Below, piece by piece: positions 60,614 to 64,000 of a DNA stretch of 64,000 bases. The notes under the pieces are model-generated. The model worked only from the letters and a program-made list of their open reading frames with translations, was not told where the DNA came from and ran no database searches. Within the stretch, counting starts at the first letter, position 1, and the number at the start of each line of letters is the position of its first letter. The position numbers and the translations under genes are program-made. Origin of the DNA: Candidatus Bathyarchaeota archaeon (GTDB lineage: Archaea; Thermoproteota; Bathyarchaeia; Bathyarchaeales; Bathycorpusculaceae); contig CAVZIW010000006.1 in the NCBI GenBank assembly GCA_963775465.1, positions 96,001 to 160,000 of the forward strand, in the 5' to 3' direction.

Positions 60614-61969
60614 TCATATAGTTTGTGACGTAAAGAAGTCAGTTATTCTTTTCTGGAATAACGCTTTCTTTAACAGTTCACTTTGAAGTATCCACCGTTG
60701 CATAGGAATCTCGAACCTTCCACTGATAAATTGCAGGGATTCTGCAAGATTCTTAAAAAAGTGCGGTTTTTGTTGCATGGCGTTTCGGACGTTTTCGCGA
60801 ACTTGCCAAACTCCAATGGGCATGATGTATCCTGGTCTTGCTTCTCTTAGAACTATAGCGGTCGCTTGACGTTGTTCTTTAGTGAGTTGCTCACACACTG
60901 CTAAACGTGCACTATAGTAGCACCCGCCAATCTGGGCGTATGTGGTTCTTCCGTTGTTTCCTTCCCAATCAGAAAAGATGGCAATGTTCGTTCCAGCTGG
61001 GTTCCAAACGGTTCCCGGGTACCATGCTTCCATGGATTCATAGCTCCATTTCCCTGGGATCATTAGAATTTCAAAGACGTTATCCATGTATATGGATTCA
61101 TAAACTCTAAACTCATTGATTTCTGGGAAAGTTTTGACTTTTTCTCTTAAATTCTTGGATATAATATCGTCGACTGCTGTTATGCTCCAGCGTGTTGGAA
61201 CAAGGCGCCTCTTTTTCTCAACTCCAAAGGCACCAACACTGAAAGCTTTCTGAATTTTGGACACCATGACGCCGCGCTTATAGAGTTCCACCACAGCGTT
61301 GGTTGCTTTCAAATCTGTATCATAATACGCCTTTTCGATTTTGTCATCGTATCTTGCATTACCAACATGAAGGTCTCGAATAGGTGCAGAAGGACCAAAC
61401 GGTTGCACATCATCATCAAGGTAAATGGAGCCACGGGGCTTTTTTGTCAGGTTTAATTCAATATCTACGCTACTGTCAGCAAGGGCTAATTCGCGGGTTT
61501 GATCCAAAATCTTGCCCCCCTCATTAAATTTTTGAACATTAACACGGTGTTTGCCCCGTACAAGCAAACTGCGGAAACCCACAATTTCATCCATAGACTT
61601 TCCAAACCAACGCTCCGGCAAATCATAAATGCCTGTATCTTCATGAACAGGCGGTACAAGGGGACCAGCGTAAACGTTCGGATAACCTATTCTTCCAATA
61701 AAAACACTCGGCGGGGACATACCATCAATATCTTCAGTTGCCATAAGAGGTGCGCTTTTAAGAAAATAATTTACTTTTACCATTATAGGGCATCGGGTTT
61801 TTCCACAAAGAGCTCGAGCCCCCTTGCACAGAACGCAGAGGCTGTTGTTTCTGGTACGAAGCGCTATTTGTTGGTCTTCGAGGGCATTGTGGTTGACTTT
61901 TCTTATTATGTCAACTAGCCAGTTGTCGGGTTTCACTCCTGAACTTTGAGATTTCTGGGTTAATGTCAT
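60614..61969 (-). CDS. nreA: Nre-family PCNA-interacting DNA repair protein
   Basis: CxxCKG..LCG..CP, SPPSVFIGR.GYP, LVPTRWSITAVD, C-terminal PIP box QKRITDFF. Confidence 0.93.
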   Translation of the reverse strand: MTLTQKSQSSGVKPDNWLVDIIRKVNHNALEDQQIALRTRNNSLCVLCKGARALCGKTRCPIMVKVNYFLKSAPLMATEDIDGMSPPSVFIGRIGYPNVYAGPLVPPVHEDTGIYDLPERWFGKSMDEIVGFRSLLVRGKHRVNVQKFNEGGKILDQTRELALADSSVDIELNLTKKPRGSIYLDDDVQPFGPSAPIRDLHVGNARYDDKIEKAYYDTDLKATNAVVELYKRGVMVSKIQKAFSVGAFGVEKKRRLVPTRWSITAVDDIISKNLREKVKTFPEINEFRVYESIYMDNVFEILMIPGKWSYESMEAWYPGTVWNPAGTNIAIFSDWEGNNGRTTYAQIGGCYYSARLAVCEQLTKEQRQATAIVLREARPGYIMPIGVWQVRENVRNAMQQKPHFFKNLAESLQFISGRFEIPMQRWILQSELLKKALFQKRITDFFTSQTI

Positions 61970-62169
61970 GTATGCATTGATTATTGTGTTGTTGCCTCAT
62001 ATGGTTTTTTCTACAAGAAAATGTTTAAACGCCCTCCTAATTTCAAATCTTGCTAATTAATAGCTGCTGGAAAAGATCACTTGTTATTGTCTTCTTATGG
62101 TTAACTTGGCATGTTCTATCGATATTGAATGGATGAATCATGCATTATTAACTATGTATAAGAAATCAA

Positions 62170-62355
62170 TCAAACAACATATTGGCTCGCAATTTCTGGA
62201 AACTGCAATTGAATTTTCTGGGAATGAACTTGGGGTGCGTGTTCTAGTAGCCAAACAGTAAGCACTTTGCAGTCATTGGGAATACAGGAAAATTTTTTCT
62301 TATCCTTTTTCCAAAACTTGCAACTGGCGCAGGGAATCTCTCGATGTCTATACAT
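62170..62355 (-). CDS. Small Cys-rich hypothetical protein
   Basis: CASC..CIPNDC..LTVWLL pattern. Confidence 0.5.
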   Translation of the reverse strand: MYRHREIPCASCKFWKKDKKKFSCIPNDCKVLTVWLLEHAPQVHSQKIQLQFPEIASQYVV

Positions 62356-62464
62356 CACAATCACAAATTGGTTAATGCCTAGATAGACTTATGGTTTGTG
62401 AAACCTAAATATTGAATAATAATTTTTACCCAAGATTCCATAAAATATTTTGCAAGAGAATAAG

Positions 62465-62542
62465 TGGCGCCCAGGCCGGGATTCGGACCCGGGTCCTGCG
62501 GGCGACAGCCGCATATACTAGACCGAACTATACTACCTGGGC
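62465..62542 (-). tRNA. tRNA-Asp(GTC), CCA encoded
   Basis: Acceptor GCCCAGG/CCTGGGC, anticodon arm TGCGG-CTGTCGC-CCGCA; T-loop reads TCCGAAT. Confidence 0.92.
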
Positions 62543-62700
62543 AATTAAGCGCCGCAAAACATACACATTATTTTAGCTAATTAACCTTTCTCGAATTTGT
62601 CTTCGAATAGTTTGCTGGAAACCTTGAAATAGATTTATAGGTCTGTTTTTTCGGCAATTTTAATATGTTTGTCGCAGTATGGGTTAACGTTACTTAAGAG

Positions 62701-64000
62701 GTGAGTGAAGTCACAGCAAACACTGCTTGGAGAGCACTTGCAGAAAAGTATTGGCTCTCATTTGTGTTGTTGCTGTTGGTCTTAGTATCGGTTTTTTCAG
62801 GTGCAGTTGCAGTTTTAACTGCTTTGTTTTTTACTTTTTTGGTTCCAGGGTTGATTGGTTACCGTTTTTTTCCTTTGAAGAAATACGAAATTTGGGCGTT
62901 TGTTCCAGTCTTTAGCATTCTCGTATCTGTTTCAATGGTCTACTACGTTTCTTTGGCATTTGGGTATTCGCGTGCTACGATTCTTTTATGTTTTCTTGCT
63001 TTAACAGTCGCATATTTTTTGGTAGTTTATCGCAAAGGTGAATCATTGAAGCTTCCAGGGTTTCTAAGACAAATAATGTATTTTAAAAAATCTACTCTCT
63101 TGGTTTTTGCAGTAATTTTCTTTGTTTCTTTTGGTGTTTTGTATCAGAGTGTTTGGCGCAGTGATCAATATGGAATTGTACTAACAGGTTCAAATTGGCA
63201 AGATACGCCATTCCATTATGAAATAATTGAGAGTCTAAATCAAGGTAATTTTCCGCCTCAAACCCCAAACTACATCGGCACACCCTTAACTTACCACTAT
63301 TTCGTTGATTTCCATACTGCAATTGTGGAAAAAATGTATGGTTATTTGCCTACTTTGATGCCTTTTCTCAACGCCGTTTTTATTTTGGTTTTTGCTTTGG
63401 CAATTTATGCGTTAGCGAGACCTTATGGTAGAAAAGTTGCAGTTGTTGCGACAGTCATTGCAGTGTTCGGGTGGGGCTTTAGCTATTTCGGCTTATTCTC
63501 AGCTCTACTTAACGGCACTTTTAATCCAACACAGAATTACATCTATCAATTCCAGCAACAATTCGGTTTACCTTCCATGTTTGACAACTTGCTCCAGCAA
63601 CGTCCCTTGCTTATGGGTTTACCTGTGTTTGCTTTGGTTTTAGCGCTTCTGCGGGACATGGGTGATAAAAACAAGATAATTTTAGCTGGCGTCTTAACGG
63701 GTCTAGTTTTCCAGTTCCACAACGTTGCCTTCTTCTGTTGTTATCTCGCTTTCGCAGTTAGTGTTCTTTTTAGTCTGCGGAAATTCAAGTTTAGCTTCCT
63801 CTATTTTCTGATTCCAAGCGTTTTTGCGTTGCCATTTATTCTTTCGAGCGGTGGCTCGTTTAATTTCTCTGTTAGTTCTCTGTTTGTGGCCCAGTTTGTT
63901 CAAAATCCTTTTGTCTATTACTTCTTAAATCTTGGTGTGCCTTTCATCTTGGCTATTGTTTCATTTATAAAACCTGGTCACGAATACCTGAAGGTGACTT
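62701..64000 (+). CDS. Large GT-C-like membrane protein, runs off window end
   Basis: Frame open from GTG 62701 to window end; many TM helices and NWQDTPFH..NFPP..LTYHYFVDF loop. Confidence 0.75.
   Translation, partial: MSEVTANTAWRALAEKYWLSFVLLLLVLVSVFSGAVAVLTALFFTFLVPGLIGYRFFPLKKYEIWAFVPVFSILVSVSMVYYVSLAFGYSRATILLCFLALTVAYFLVVYRKGESLKLPGFLRQIMYFKKSTLLVFAVIFFVSFGVLYQSVWRSDQYGIVLTGSNWQDTPFHYEIIESLNQGNFPPQTPNYIGTPLTYHYFVDFHTAIVEKMYGYLPTLMPFLNAVFILVFALAIYALARPYGRKVAVVATVIAVFGWGFSYFGLFSALLNGTFNPTQNYIYQFQQQFGLPSMFDNLLQQRPLLMGLPVFALVLALLRDMGDKNKIILAGVLTGLVFQFHNVAFFCCYLAFAVSVLFSLRKFKFSFLYFLIPSVFALPFILSSGGSFNFSVSSLFVAQFVQNPFVYYFLNLGVPFILAIVSFIKPGHEYLKVT

Noticed and set aside
1-64000. CRISPR array or cas genes
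   Set aside because: No regularly spaced direct repeats or Cas motifs seen

Overview
Archaeal chromosomal window, most likely Bathyarchaeia (TACK). This is inferred from gene content: Cdv/ESCRT-III-Vps4 operon, eL22-like ribosomal protein, methanopterin biosynthesis genes, HdrA-MvhD fusion and NosD-type surface proteins with YFKKRK anchors. Housekeeping genes include nucS, apgM, pyrD/pyrK, lig, trxA, nre, a Zn/Mn ABC transporter and three tRNAs (Ile-GAT, Arg-TCG, Asp-GTC). Three things stand out. (1) An Smc5/6-like ATPase is in an operon with an Nse4-like kleisin and an Nse1/Nse3-like winged-helix protein (1-2548). (2) A co-oriented array of accessory surface/membrane genes (6.8-15 kb) has spacers carrying a recurring GTCAAG-N4-CTTGAC palindrome with dif-like 11-6-11 geometry, and an IS1182 sits in the centre of one copy. 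(3) A roughly 1.8 kb ORF-free, hairpin-dense tract (47.2-49.0 kb) surrounds tRNA-Arg and may be a large structured ncRNA. Smaller items are unannotated micro-ORFs, a CBS-HPF/RaiA-like fusion, a degenerate LeuA-like protein, and a STAND-TPR-wHTH regulator with a candidate operator. All family assignments are by-eye motif recognition; no searches or folding were run.
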